A DNA stretch of 56,731 nt from a virus: positions 1 to 56,731 of IMG/VR virus record IMGVR_UViG_3300023083_000005, one strand, 5' to 3'. The translations under genes were made by a program, and so were the position numbers. Below the pieces are notes generated by a model. The model did not search any database, was not told where the DNA came from, and saw only the letters and a list, made by a program, of their open reading frames with translations. Within the stretch, counting starts at the first letter, position 1; each line of letters begins with the position of its first letter. Shown here one piece after another: positions 9,220 through 19,100 of this stretch.

Positions 9220-9256
9220 AAACCGCCTCCACTCTACAAGGGTGGGGGCGGTTTTG
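9220..9256 (+). terminator. Rho-independent terminator after capsid gene
   Basis: 10-bp stem CCGCCTCCAC/GTGGGGGCGG (one G-U) flanked by AAAA and TTTT. Confidence 0.8.
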
Positions 9257-9310
9257 TCATGCTACACTAGAAAGGTAAACCCGCGTCCCTCCCGCATCGG
9301 TTTGCTAATG

Positions 9311-9347
9311 CCCCCGTAGGCTTGAGTCTAGGATTCGCCTACGGGGG
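9311..9347 (+). terminator. Second strong hairpin downstream of capsid gene
   Basis: 11-bp stem CCCCCGTAGGC/GCCTACGGGGG, 15-nt loop, weak U tract. Confidence 0.45.
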
Positions 9348-9369
9348 CTTCCGCTTGCACGCGGCACGC

Positions 9370-9379
9370 TATACTGGTA
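9370..9379 (+). promoter_or_regulatory. TATACTGGTA box, -10-like, 6 nt upstream of ATG 9382 (leaderless-type arrangement)
   Basis: TAnnnT hexamer plus GGTA. The same architecture occurs at 23664 and 25229, and the same box at 14644 upstream of a leadered gene. Confidence 0.4.
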
Positions 9380-9381
9380 TT

Positions 9382-9963
9382 ATGGCTATCAATCCCGGCG
9401 TGTACCCCCTTGTCCCCGGTACGCCCGTGGGTAACTTCCGACTGGCTACGGGCGACACCCAGAGCGTCCCGCTTGACCCTGTAGTGTCAGGGCAGCAGAG
9501 CTATACCTACAACTCCGATGCCGAGATAACCGCCTACTTGACAATGGGCGGTCAAAACATCAACCGGGGTATCGGCTACTACTACTTGTCCATGTCGGGC
9601 ACCGCTGCAATGCAAGCGCGTTCGATCAAAGACTATGACCTGTCCATCAACACTGAGAAGCGTGCGGAAGGTCTTCGCCAGACCGCAGCTTACTACTTCG
9701 GACTCGCCGACGCTGAGGACGTTCTCGCCGGTTCGGAAGACTATTTCAACGTCACCCACACGGGCACGGATGAGTTCTCTGGGATGGAATACTTTCCCTA
9801 CATCTACCCTGTGGAGTATGGCTACTCTGATCCTAGCGGCGAGCTTGCTGCGCTCAAGGCCCGCCTTGATTCTCTCGCCACTGTAGTAGTGGTTCCTGAG
9901 GGCGAAGAGGTTCCGCCCGGTACGCCACCCGGCACGCTCATTATCGAACCTATAGAACCCTAA
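9382..9963 (+). CDS. hypothetical head/neck-module protein (193 aa)
   Basis: ATG internal to track ORF 9322..9963, whose TTG start lies inside the 9311..9347 hairpin; the box at 9370 sits just upstream. Confidence 0.6.
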   Translation: MAINPGVYPLVPGTPVGNFRLATGDTQSVPLDPVVSGQQSYTYNSDAEITAYLTMGGQNINRGIGYYYLSMSGTAAMQARSIKDYDLSINTEKRAEGLRQTAAYYFGLADAEDVLAGSEDYFNVTHTGTDEFSGMEYFPYIYPVEYGYSDPSGELAALKARLDSLATVVVVPEGEEVPPGTPPGTLIIEPIEP

Positions 9964-9985
9964 CCGAGAAAGGCCTTAGAAACAT

Positions 9986-10336
9986 ATGGCTATTGCAACA
10001 ACCGCCCTCAAGAACACTCTTGCCACGGCGTACGGTACGGCAGCTACGCACGCTGCTCTGTTCACCGCCGACCCCGGCACCACTGGTAGCGTCACTGGTG
10101 AAGTAACTGGTGGCTCCCCGGCGTATGCTCGCAAGGCTATCACGTGGAGTTCTGCGTCTGCCGGTGTCATCACCGCGACCGTGACCTTCGATGTACCAAC
10201 CGGCACCACGGTAACCTACGCAGCCGTCTGTGGCGGTCTGACCGGTGCCAACCTGCTCGACAAGGGTGCGGTCACCTCTCAGGCGTTCGCCTCTCAGGGT
10301 ACCTACGTTCTGAACCTCACGTACACTCAGGTCTAA
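9986..10336 (+). CDS. hypothetical structural-module protein (116 aa, Thr/Ala/Gly-rich)
   Basis: ORF track; position in head module. Confidence 0.6.
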   Translation: MAIATTALKNTLATAYGTAATHAALFTADPGTTGSVTGEVTGGSPAYARKAITWSSASAGVITATVTFDVPTGTTVTYAAVCGGLTGANLLDKGAVTSQAFASQGTYVLNLTYTQV

Positions 10337-10357
10337 GACGGAAGGGGGTAGCGCCTC

Positions 10358-11617
10358 ATGGCTACCTACACAACACCGTCGAACACCCTTACACCGTCAG
10401 GTGACAACAATGACGGCGGGGCTGGAATCAGCCTCGGTATGGTTGTCGTCGCCACCTCTACGGGGATAACAGCAACTGGCTTGCGCTGGTGGGCACCCGT
10501 GGCTGGTGCGACGATCAGCCCGTTCCTCCAGAATACAGCGGGCACAGTGCTGGCCACCGGCAGCAGTATCACAGCCGCGTCAGGCTGGAACAACCTGCCA
10601 TTTACAAGCCCCTTTGCAATGACGCAAAGCACGCTCTACATGGTGGGCGTCTTCCAGCCTTCTACTCAGCGCTATTCGGCAGTGAGTGGTGCCCTTACGG
10701 GAAACATCGTCAACGGCCCCATCACCATTGACGCCTCGACCGGCTCTGCTGGTCGCTACAACTACTCAGGCACGGCAGGATTGATCTACGGATCGTTCGC
10801 CAATACCGCATGGTTCGGTGTAGACCTAGTTGCCACGGACGCTGCTGCTGGTTTCACGGGCAATATCTCTTTCACTGGTACTGGCACCCTCGGACTTGCA
10901 GGAACGCCCTCAGTGGCCCGCACAGCGGCCTTCTCAGGTACCGGCACGCTCGGCTTCACCGGCAAGCCTACGGCCTCTGGTTCGGTCACCCTCAGTGGCA
11001 CCGGGACGCTAGGACTGACGGGCAACCCCGGTGTGGCTCGCACCCTCGCGCTCAGTGGCACGGGAACCCTCGGACTCACGGGCGCACCCTCCGTAGCCAG
11101 AGCGCTTGCCCTGAGCGGTACTGGTACGCTGACCACGACGTTTAGCATGGGTGCTTCTGGTGCGCTCGGTCTGAGCGGTGCCGGTACTCTGTCGTTCGGT
11201 ACTCCCGTAAGCTACAACGGCAGTGTCGCGCTCAGCGGTGCGGGCACACTCGCCCTGTCGGGTAAGCCGGGGTTCAGCGCTGCACTGGGGCTGTCTGGTT
11301 CTGGCGCGCTAGCCCTGTCGGGTAAGCCTAGCTTTATCGCGGCCCTCGGCCTGTCCGGTTCGGGAACCCTGACGCTGACTGGCAAGGCCTCACTGATCGC
11401 AGTGCTAGACCTGTCAAGCGAAGGCACACTTGACACCAGCGCGTCAACGTCATTCAGTGGTGCGGTCGAATTCTCAGGTTCGGGAAGCTTGATCTTGCGC
11501 ACCGAGGCTGGCCTGTATCGCTACTACTACTGGACTGGCACCGACGATATCCCCGCCGATATCGCGTACTGGAACGGTACCACAGAGTTGCAAGTCAATG
11601 CCCGACTCTATCCATGA
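10358..11617 (+). CDS. DUF4082-like N-terminal domain protein with about 12 tandem 17-aa Gly/Thr/Leu repeats (possible head fibre/decoration)
   Basis: N-terminus GISLGMVVVATSTGITATGLRWWAP...SGWNNLPFTSPF...LYMVGVF resembles the DUF4082 segment of 36621..38402; repeat unit xLSGTGTLxLTGxPxVARx read directly. Confidence 0.7.
   Translation: MATYTTPSNTLTPSGDNNDGGAGISLGMVVVATSTGITATGLRWWAPVAGATISPFLQNTAGTVLATGSSITAASGWNNLPFTSPFAMTQSTLYMVGVFQPSTQRYSAVSGALTGNIVNGPITIDASTGSAGRYNYSGTAGLIYGSFANTAWFGVDLVATDAAAGFTGNISFTGTGTLGLAGTPSVARTAAFSGTGTLGFTGKPTASGSVTLSGTGTLGLTGNPGVARTLALSGTGTLGLTGAPSVARALALSGTGTLTTTFSMGASGALGLSGAGTLSFGTPVSYNGSVALSGAGTLALSGKPGFSAALGLSGSGALALSGKPSFIAALGLSGSGTLTLTGKASLIAVLDLSSEGTLDTSASTSFSGAVEFSGSGSLILRTEAGLYRYYYWTGTDDIPADIAYWNGTTELQVNARLYP
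10850..11500 (+). repeat. In-frame tandem repeat region (51-nt / 17-aa period) inside CDS 10358..11617
   Basis: Repeated LSGTGTLGLTG / LSGSGALALSG units in the translation. Confidence 0.8.
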
Positions 11618-11645
11618 GACAATAGAAGTTGACAAGAAGGGTTTC

Positions 11646-12098
11646 ATGGCTTACGATTTCGCAGGAGAGAACTGGGCGGCTGAGATAGCTGCCGTCAGTG
11701 GCGACCCTGAATTCCAGAACTGTGAGATTCAGATTCGCAATCCTGATCTTATCGTCACCACGCGGGACATGCTCACGGGCATCACCACCCAGACCGGGAA
11801 CCCTGTTCTCTGGCAAGGGCGTGCGAGGATCGTAGGCGTCCGTTCTGCTCTGGATATCAGCCCGGGCACCACGGCTACTCCATCGGGAACCAAGTCGGTG
11901 CGCGTGGTCATCCCCTACGGTGCCTACACCGGCAGGATCAACCGTGGTTGGCAGATTCGTGTCATTGACGGTGGGCGCAACCCGCAGCTTGAGCGTTACG
12001 TGCTGTTCGTAGAGTCCGACTTCAACTCAGGCAACGTGGCGTCGTTCGCCATTGAATGCTCTATCGCCGTAGACGAAGAGGCGAACTGGAATGCCTAG
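11646..12098 (+). CDS. head-tail connector region protein (hypothetical, 150 aa)
   Basis: ATG 11646 with AAGAAGGG upstream; alternative start 11598 overlaps the upstream gene by 20 nt. Confidence 0.55.
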   Translation: MAYDFAGENWAAEIAAVSGDPEFQNCEIQIRNPDLIVTTRDMLTGITTQTGNPVLWQGRARIVGVRSALDISPGTTATPSGTKSVRVVIPYGAYTGRINRGWQIRVIDGGRNPQLERYVLFVESDFNSGNVASFAIECSIAVDEEANWNA

Positions 12099-12507
12099 CT
12101 CGTGGACAGTGACCGGCAGCGCCGGTGACCTGAATGGTCTCGGTGAACGCCTCAAGCGACGGTATCACGAAAAGGGCGTAGAGGCAATGGCTTACGTCAT
12201 GACCAAAGCCGTCGAAGACATGAAGCGATTCACCGCCAGCCGCCCCAGCGCAAAGAGCGGCAAGGCGGGACGTGTCGATACTGCGGCTATGCTCGAAGCG
12301 ATTGCCAGCAAGTCTTTCCTTGAGGGCGCTGACCAGATCATCGGAGAGTTCGGTTTCGTAGACCGACAGGAACTTTACTTCAAACTACAGACCTCTACGG
12401 GCTTCCAGCACTACAGGTCTGGCGATTTCATTGAGCCGACCTTCGCCATGCGTGACGCTGCTGCGCTGGCCGTACAGGGGCTGCTGCTCAGATTGGCGAC
12501 AAACTAA
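12091..12507 (+). CDS. head-tail joining protein (hypothetical, 138 aa)
   Basis: ORF track; synteny between capsid and tail genes. Confidence 0.55.
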   Translation: MPSSWTVTGSAGDLNGLGERLKRRYHEKGVEAMAYVMTKAVEDMKRFTASRPSAKSGKAGRVDTAAMLEAIASKSFLEGADQIIGEFGFVDRQELYFKLQTSTGFQHYRSGDFIEPTFAMRDAAALAVQGLLLRLATN

Positions 12508-12974
12508 TGGCCGGGCTAGACCTATTCACCCTACAGGAACTTGTCAAGGATTACCTCGTAGACAAGATCAACTGGCCGGTTGACACTGGCGCGACACCAG
12601 AGGCAGAAAACCTGCAACTGATTGACGGCGTTCTGTCACCGTACGTCGTGCTGCGCTTCTCTGACGGCATGCCCGCACAGTCGGAGAGGGGCAACTCTTT
12701 CGGGGGTGCGCTGTACGACGAGTACTACACCTACGTGGACGCCCTGTGTGTCGCAGCCAAGGACGTAGAGGCGCGTGCGCTGGCTTCAATCGTCAACCGC
12801 ACACTGCTCGGGAAGGTGTTCGAGAACGCCTCTGAGGTCAAGAAAGCTTTCGGCGGTGGCACCTTTGCTGTGCCTGACGCGCAGAGAAAGCCTGTCGCTT
12901 TCGTGGCGATAGTGAGTTTCAGAATGAACTACAACCAGACAGGTGTCGGCACCGGATCGCTTATGACTCCGTAA
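12507..12974 (+). CDS. neck/tail terminator-like protein (hypothetical, 155 aa)
   Basis: ORF track; TAATG overlap; synteny. Confidence 0.55.
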   Translation: MAGLDLFTLQELVKDYLVDKINWPVDTGATPEAENLQLIDGVLSPYVVLRFSDGMPAQSERGNSFGGALYDEYYTYVDALCVAAKDVEARALASIVNRTLLGKVFENASEVKKAFGGGTFAVPDAQRKPVAFVAIVSFRMNYNQTGVGTGSLMTP

Positions 12975-13004
12975 TGTCAAAGACCTGCTAAACTAGGAAG
13001 TGAT

Positions 13005-13196
13005 ATGAGTACAGAAATCGTAGCCGTTCGCAATGACATTTCCGGCGTGTCGTATGAGACTACCGAAGACATTGCGTTGGAGACTATCGCCAACCCGGTC
13101 TGGGGTGGTCACCTGTCCATCGTCCGAACCTCTAAGCCCGAGGTTCTCAAGCATCCGAAGGCCGACGAAAAGGCATCAGAAAAGGAAGATAAGTAA
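13005..13196 (+). CDS. hypothetical protein (63 aa)
   Basis: ORF track; AGGAAG RBS; TAAACT -10-like box upstream. Confidence 0.5.
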   Translation: MSTEIVAVRNDISGVSYETTEDIALETIANPVWGGHLSIVRTSKPEVLKHPKADEKASEKEDK

Positions 13197-13738
13197 TGGT
13201 TTCCGCACGCCTTTCTCGCCCCAATCAGACGTGGGCTATCGCCCTCGCATCGTCTTTCGCTAACCCCGCTGCGCCCACTGTAGCAGAACTCAATGAGCGT
13301 CGCTTCGTCCACCTCATGTCCTGTGCCTTCACCGAGGACGGTACCGAAATGGTACGCGGCGACAGCGAGCAGGATGACACCGTAACCTTCTGCTCCATCG
13401 GCAACGAGGTCACGCCTACTATGGCGAACATTACGGCCTCGATCACGTGGTTGAAGGATGCTAACACGGGCGGCTCAGGTTCGACCGCTGACCTTGTGAG
13501 CCTGTATAACAAGGCCACCGCCATGCTGTCCTATGCGGATATCCCCTACTGGATTATCTCGCGCACCGGCCCTGAGAACAACCAAGACACGCCTTTCGCT
13601 GTCGGACACGTCATCAAAATGGCGCTGTTCAAGACCGATATCGGACAGCCCGTGCTTGAGCAGAATGCCCCTGTCCGTGGTTTGCAGACTCCGCTCTTTC
13701 AGGGTTCTGTCAACTGGAACTACACAATCGCCAGCTAA
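13196..13738 (+). CDS. major tail protein paralog 1 (putative)
   Basis: 180 aa; shares the N-terminal motif ANPA-x-PTVAELN with the next gene; position upstream of chaperones and tape measure. Confidence 0.6.
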   Translation: MVSARLSRPNQTWAIALASSFANPAAPTVAELNERRFVHLMSCAFTEDGTEMVRGDSEQDDTVTFCSIGNEVTPTMANITASITWLKDANTGGSGSTADLVSLYNKATAMLSYADIPYWIISRTGPENNQDTPFAVGHVIKMALFKTDIGQPVLEQNAPVRGLQTPLFQGSVNWNYTIAS

Positions 13739-13750
13739 GGAATATAACTC

Positions 13751-14575
13751 ATGGCAGAAACTAAGATTACCGCTGACGGTTATGGCCTTTCCGTCTGGTT
13801 CGCCCTCCCCAACTATGCGGCCAACCCCGCTAAGCCTACGGTTGCGGAACTCAATGGGACGGCTAACGTCACCGAGTCTGTGGCATGGGAGAACTTCTCA
13901 TTTGGCGCTCAGGCCTCGAACCAGACTGCTGACCCGTCGTTCTACGATGTGGGCAACACGCAGACCCGTGGCTTCGCCCAGTTCGGTGGAACTATTTCGT
14001 TCTACTACCCGAACAACTACACGGACACCAGCAACCGCAACCTCACCACGTTCCTTGCGCTCAAGGCTCCGCTGACGCTCGGCTACCTGATCATCCGTGC
14101 TGACGGCAAAAAGACCACGGCAGGTGTCGGTGACGCTGACAAGGCCGCGATTGCGAACGACTTCGTATCCATCTACAAGGTTATCTCGGATGGTTGGTCG
14201 GACGTAAACACGGGTGAGAACGCGTTCAAGTACACGATCACCTTCCAGCCTCAGGGCAACCTCTGGGTGGATGCTATCGTGGCTACCGCTGTCACCGTCG
14301 TCACACCCGTGGCTATCGGAACCGCGAACTATGTCTCGGCCACCAAGGGCAAGACCCCGCTCGGAACCTACCTGACCGGTCGCCAGCTTGCCGCTGTGAC
14401 GAACTTCTGGAACGGTTACCCGGGACGCTTCACGTGGTCTAGCTCGGCCCCGGCTATCGCCACGGTTGACAAGAATGGTGTTGTCACTGCCCAGTCTGCG
14501 GGTAGCGCGAACATCATTGCAACCGACCCGGTTTCGGGTGTTGCGTCTACTGCACTTGCGGTAACGATCACCTAA
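13751..14575 (+). CDS. major tail protein paralog 2 with C-terminal Ig-like (Big_2-type) domain
   Basis: 274 aa; ANPAKPTVAELN motif; C-terminal segment FTWSSSAPAIATVDKNGVVTAQSAGSANIIATD is Big_2-like; strong terminator follows. Confidence 0.7.
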   Translation: MAETKITADGYGLSVWFALPNYAANPAKPTVAELNGTANVTESVAWENFSFGAQASNQTADPSFYDVGNTQTRGFAQFGGTISFYYPNNYTDTSNRNLTTFLALKAPLTLGYLIIRADGKKTTAGVGDADKAAIANDFVSIYKVISDGWSDVNTGENAFKYTITFQPQGNLWVDAIVATAVTVVTPVAIGTANYVSATKGKTPLGTYLTGRQLAAVTNFWNGYPGRFTWSSSAPAIATVDKNGVVTAQSAGSANIIATDPVSGVASTALAVTIT

Positions 14576-14595
14576 GCTATACTAAAAGAGTAAAC

Positions 14596-14637
14596 ACCCG
14601 CCCCTCTACGCGAAAGCGCAAGGGCGGGTTTTCTTTT
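14596..14637 (+). terminator. Rho-independent terminator after major tail genes
   Basis: Stem CCCGCCC/GGGCGGG with inner CGCGAAAGCG hairpin, followed by TTTTCTTTT. Confidence 0.75.
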
Positions 14638-14643
14638 GTCTGC

Positions 14644-14653
14644 TACTATGGTA
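14644..14653 (+). promoter_or_regulatory. TACTATGGTA -10-like box upstream of tail-assembly genes
   Basis: TAnnnT + GGTA, immediately after the terminator and about 45 nt upstream of ATG 14696. Confidence 0.35.
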
Positions 14654-14695
14654 GGGTAGCCCAACGCGGGCAGCAAGATTCCAAGGGGAATATTC

Positions 14696-14959
14696 ATGCA
14701 TGATTCAATTGACCTACTGGTCGGCGCTCGCGTCGAATGGGTGGGGGATAAAGTCATCCTAGCTGCGCTCAAGCCAAGGCACATCGGCTCCGTGGTTACA
14801 TTTGACAACTTCCTGTCAAACTACTCCGACGACTATACGAGCATTTCCATCATGGGAATCTTGGAAGCCGTCATCGGAACCGACTTGATCGTGAGCGGTG
14901 ACGCTTACGAGTACGACCATATCAAAGACCTCAAAGTGTATCGGAGAATTGTCAAATGA
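14696..14959 (+). CDS. hypothetical protein (87 aa)
   Basis: ORF track; AAGGGGA RBS. Confidence 0.55.
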   Translation: MHDSIDLLVGARVEWVGDKVILAALKPRHIGSVVTFDNFLSNYSDDYTSISIMGILEAVIGTDLIVSGDAYEYDHIKDLKVYRRIVK

Positions 14960-15510
14960 ACGAACCCCAGCTTGACGAAACATGGGACTTGGGCGAAGTT
15001 GTTGCCGAGCGCGCACAGCCGACCGACGAGGTAACGATCTACCTCAACGAGGTAGCCTCCCACGAAAAGGGCAAGCTCATCACCATGCACTCGCGCGCGG
15101 GTGTTGACAAGGTTGACGAGATTGACGCGCTTCTGGATGACGTGAACGCTATCCTCGAAAAGTCCAAGTACGTGGTTCACCTTACCGCAATCCCGACCCG
15201 CATGCGCGAGGATATCCGCAGCAAGTCGCTGGCCAAGTTCCCCCTCAAGTACGACCTCATGGGCCGCGACGAACCGGCCAACCAGATCGCACGCACTGAG
15301 CTTGAGAACAACATGATTTGGCATGCACAGATTATCAACGTCGTCAACCCCGAGGGCAAGTCCAAGCGTGACTGGACTATCGAGCAGATCGAGGCGTTCC
15401 ACGACAGCCTTCCCCTGCCCGCCTCCAATGCAATCGACGGAGCTATCCGCGACCTGACCATCTCTGCCGAGAAGTTCACCGTAGCGTCTAAGGACGTAGA
15501 TTTCTCATAG
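14956..15510 (+). CDS. tail assembly chaperone (putative, G-like)
   Basis: 184 aa acidic protein two genes upstream of the tape measure; ATGA overlap with the upstream gene. Confidence 0.55.
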   Translation: MNEPQLDETWDLGEVVAERAQPTDEVTIYLNEVASHEKGKLITMHSRAGVDKVDEIDALLDDVNAILEKSKYVVHLTAIPTRMREDIRSKSLAKFPLKYDLMGRDEPANQIARTELENNMIWHAQIINVVNPEGKSKRDWTIEQIEAFHDSLPLPASNAIDGAIRDLTISAEKFTVASKDVDFS

Positions 15511-15545
15511 GGCGACTGACTTCTGACGATACCCAGAAGCCCTAC

Positions 15546-16016
15546 ATGTCGGCCCTCCGGTCGGCACAGATCAATCGTCAACGCCCCACGGCAATGATCC
15601 TGCACGACAACTATGCCCTGCACCGCAAGTGGTGGGACTGGGAGTGGACGCCGGGGGTGGGTGACGACGTGTGGACTGACTGGGACTACATTCTCGCAGA
15701 TGTGTTCCAGACTATCGAGGACTACACTGATCCCGAGTCGGGACAGTTCATGCCCTTCGACCAGTCGGGTGACGTGCACTGGGACGTTCACTCGCGGTTC
15801 AGCGGGGCCAACGCGGCTATCGACAAGCGGCGCGCTGACAAGGAACTCAAGCCCGGGGAATCGCTCTACGCTGTACCGGTGTTCGATGAGAAGAAACCCA
15901 AGCCTACCCTCGAATCGTGGGCGCGGGACTTGCAAGAAGAAAAGGTCGGACGGCCAGAGAGCGTGCGGGATGCTCGCCCGCCCACGCCCGAAGAGCTAGC
16001 CAAGCTGGTGCTGTAG
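15546..16016 (+). CDS. tail assembly chaperone (T-like part; independent start or -1 frameshift extension of 14956..15510)
   Basis: ORF lies in the -1 frame relative to 14956..15510, and that frame is open from 15492, overlapping the last codons of the upstream ORF. Confidence 0.5.
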   Translation: MSALRSAQINRQRPTAMILHDNYALHRKWWDWEWTPGVGDDVWTDWDYILADVFQTIEDYTDPESGQFMPFDQSGDVHWDVHSRFSGANAAIDKRRADKELKPGESLYAVPVFDEKKPKPTLESWARDLQEEKVGRPESVRDARPPTPEELAKLVL

Positions 16017-16100
16017 ACTAGAAGTGTACTACTTCTCGTTACAGAACGCAAGGCCATAAGGTTGACCTAGTTCTGTCAAGTAATTGGCGGTGAATCTGCG

Positions 16101-19100
16101 TTGGCAGACGAAGACTTTCTAATCAGGCTACGGCTTGATCTTGGTGACGCCAATTCGTCAATCAACGCACTACAGGGAAACGTAAAGCGGCTCAATGACG
16201 AGCTAGACCGCACCAGTCGAACCAACGGTGCCAGCGCCCTGAACAAAGAGGCAGACGCAGCCCGGTCGGCAAAGAAAGCTGCTGACGACCATGCTAGCTC
16301 CCTCTCGACTACCCGCTATGCTCTTCTCGGTGTAAGCCTCGGCCTTGCCACCACCGGTACTGCGCTGCTCGGTATCGCTGCGGGCACCTATGCGGTGTCT
16401 ATCGCGTGGGAGCGGGACTTCGCCAACGTCGTACGAACCTCTGGCGTAGCCGGGGACGCGGTACAGGAACTTCGCTCACAGTTCATTGACTTGCAGCAGA
16501 CAATCCCTGTCGCGGCAAACGACCTTGCGGAAATCGGCGCACTCGGTGGCCAGCTTGGTATCGCGGCGAACGACCTTGTAGAGTTCACCTCGGTTGTCGC
16601 ACGCTTCTCTGCCACTACCAACCTCACCGTGGATGCGTCGGCTACTGCGTTCGGTCGATTGAATGCCCTGCTGCCTGACGTGGGTGGTAACTTCGAATCT
16701 CTCGCTGACTCGATCCTCAACGTAGGTGTCAACTCGGTTGCTACTGAGTCTTCCATCACCGCTGTGGCTGTCCAGATTTCGTCAATGGGTAACTACGCTG
16801 GCCTCACTTCGAAAGAGGTTATCGGTCTGGCTGGCGCGCTGGCTTCCATCGGTGTAGCACCTGAGCTTGCACGTGGTACGATCACTCGTACCTTCACCCT
16901 CATTGGCAAGGCTGTGTCAGGTGGCGGCGAAGAGCTTGAGAAGTTCGCCAAGATTGCGGGCGTGTCCTCAGAAGAATTCGGCAACGCTTTCGGCACTGAC
17001 AAGTTCGGGCCAATCTTTCTCAAGTTCGTCAACGGTCTGGACAGCATCAGCGCCAGCGGCGGGGATACCGTCAAGGCGCTGAACGACCTCGGCATCACCT
17101 CAGTGCGTGACGTTCCCGCGCTGCTCCGTCTTGCCACTGCTGCAAACTCGGCTGGTGAGGCTGGAAAGATTCTCAACCAGACTCTTAGTGATGCTAGCGT
17201 AGAGAAGTCTGCTGGCGCAACCATCGAACAGTACGGCATCATTGCTGCTACTGTAGCTGCCAAGATTCAGCTTCTGCAAAACAACTTCAATGCTCTTTTG
17301 GTCACCATCGGTGGCGGTGGCTCGATCTTCGGTGGTCTTCTGGACGCGCTGAACGGTGTACTCCAGACGCTGACCGATATCGCCTCCAACCCCGTGGGTA
17401 ACTTCTTCCTCCAGCTTGGCGTGATCCTTACCGGCGTCATCGGCGTACTCGCGCTGGTGGGTGCGGCTATGGCGCTGAGCTATGCGGGTGTGATCGGCCT
17501 GACGCAGGCGCTGGTGGGCATGTCTGCCAGTGCTATCGGTGGACACGTCAGTCTCAGCAGTCTGCTGGTCACCATGCGCGCCACTGGCCCGGCTGGTGCC
17601 ACTGCCGCTACTGGCATCAACCTCGTGTCCAAGGCTCTGCGGTTGCTTGCACTGGTCGGGTTCGTAGAGCTTGCCAACGAAGGCATCAAGGGCATCATCA
17701 GCCTTGAAGACCAGTTCTACGACAGCACCCACGGAATCGGCAACTCGCTAGACGACGTTATCGACCGCCTGAGTGATTCGCGTTTCGAGAAAGCTATTGC
17801 GGGACTTGTTGACGGCGGGCTAGACTCGTGGGCAAAGGACGTAGAGCGCAGCTTTGCGAACATCGGCTATACCGGTATCTCGCAGCTTACTGACGACCTC
17901 AAGGAACTTGACGACAGCCTTGCAGCAACCGTCAAGAGCGGCAATCTGCAAGAGGCGCAAGACATTATTGACAAGCTGGCGTCAGGCGCTGGTGTCACCT
18001 CCGACGAATACCTGACCCGTCTTCCCGAAACCCTCAAGGCTATCGGCCTTGCCGGGGAAGGTGCCAAGCCCGGTCTGGATGCTGTAGCACAAGGCGCTGC
18101 TGACGCAGAAGCTGCTACGGAAGAGCTTGCAGCCAGCCTCGGCCTGACAGCGGAAGAGTTGAAGTCGTTCAAGGATGCCATTGTGGAAGGTGGTACCGGA
18201 TTCGTAGAGCTTGGTGACCTCATCCAGCGCAACCAAGACCAGACTCGGGGCTGGGCAGAAGAAACCTCGAAAGACCTGTACGGCTCCAAGGACTCGTGGC
18301 AGGAATTCTACGACGGCGTTTCGATCAACCTCCAGAAGTTCAACGAAGACCTGTCGAACCAGATAATCGCGCTTGACAACTGGCAGAAAAACCTCAGCAT
18401 TCTCGTCGGTCGCGGTGTGGACGAAGGCGTGATTGCGCAACTGGCTCGCATGGGGCCAGAGGCTGCACCGCTGCTGCAAGCCCTCGTGGACGACACCACG
18501 GGTACCGCGCAGCAAGTTCTCGCCAACCTGAGCATGGCTGGTGAAGAGTCGGTGCAAGGCTTTGCCGATAACGTCACGGCCAACACTCCGCTTTTGCGAG
18601 CCGCTTTCGCAGCCGGTGGTGACGAAGCTGTCAAGGCGCTGTCAACCGCACTCGGTCGCGGTGACGCTGAGATTGCCCGGGTTATGGCACAGTACAACAT
18701 CGTCGCTGCGCAGAACCCCATTCAGATTACCGCTGCGATCAACCGTAAGCAAATCGGTGACGCGATCAATAGTGTCATCAATTGGATCGGTGGCGCTAAG
18801 GCTACCATCCCCCTGTCGGCCAACGGTACCCCGTACCTCCCCTCCCCCGTCACGCGCGCAGAGGGTGGTGCAGTATTCGGCCCGGGCACGCCCACGTCAG
18901 ACTCGATCCCCGCACGCCTCTCGAACGGTGAATATGTAATCCGTGCTGCCAGCGTGCGCAAGTACGGCATGGGCATGTTCGACCAGTTGAACCGTGGTGT
19001 TGCAAAGTTCTCCCGTGGTGGCCCCGTACAGCGGTTCGCTGGTGGTGGCGCTGTCTCCCCCATGTCTCTTTCGCCTCGTCAGTTGCGTGACGCACCGACA

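Noticed and set aside
10850-11500. Regular about 51-nt periodic repeats that could superficially look like a CRISPR array
   Set aside because: The repeats are in frame within one long ORF, have no unique spacers, and encode a 17-aa protein repeat. No cas genes are present.
15177-15935. 252-aa minus-strand ORF across the tail chaperone genes; also similar minus ORFs inside the tape measure gene (16388..18721)
   Set aside because: They run opposite to a co-directional structural operon, have low-complexity composition and show no start context.
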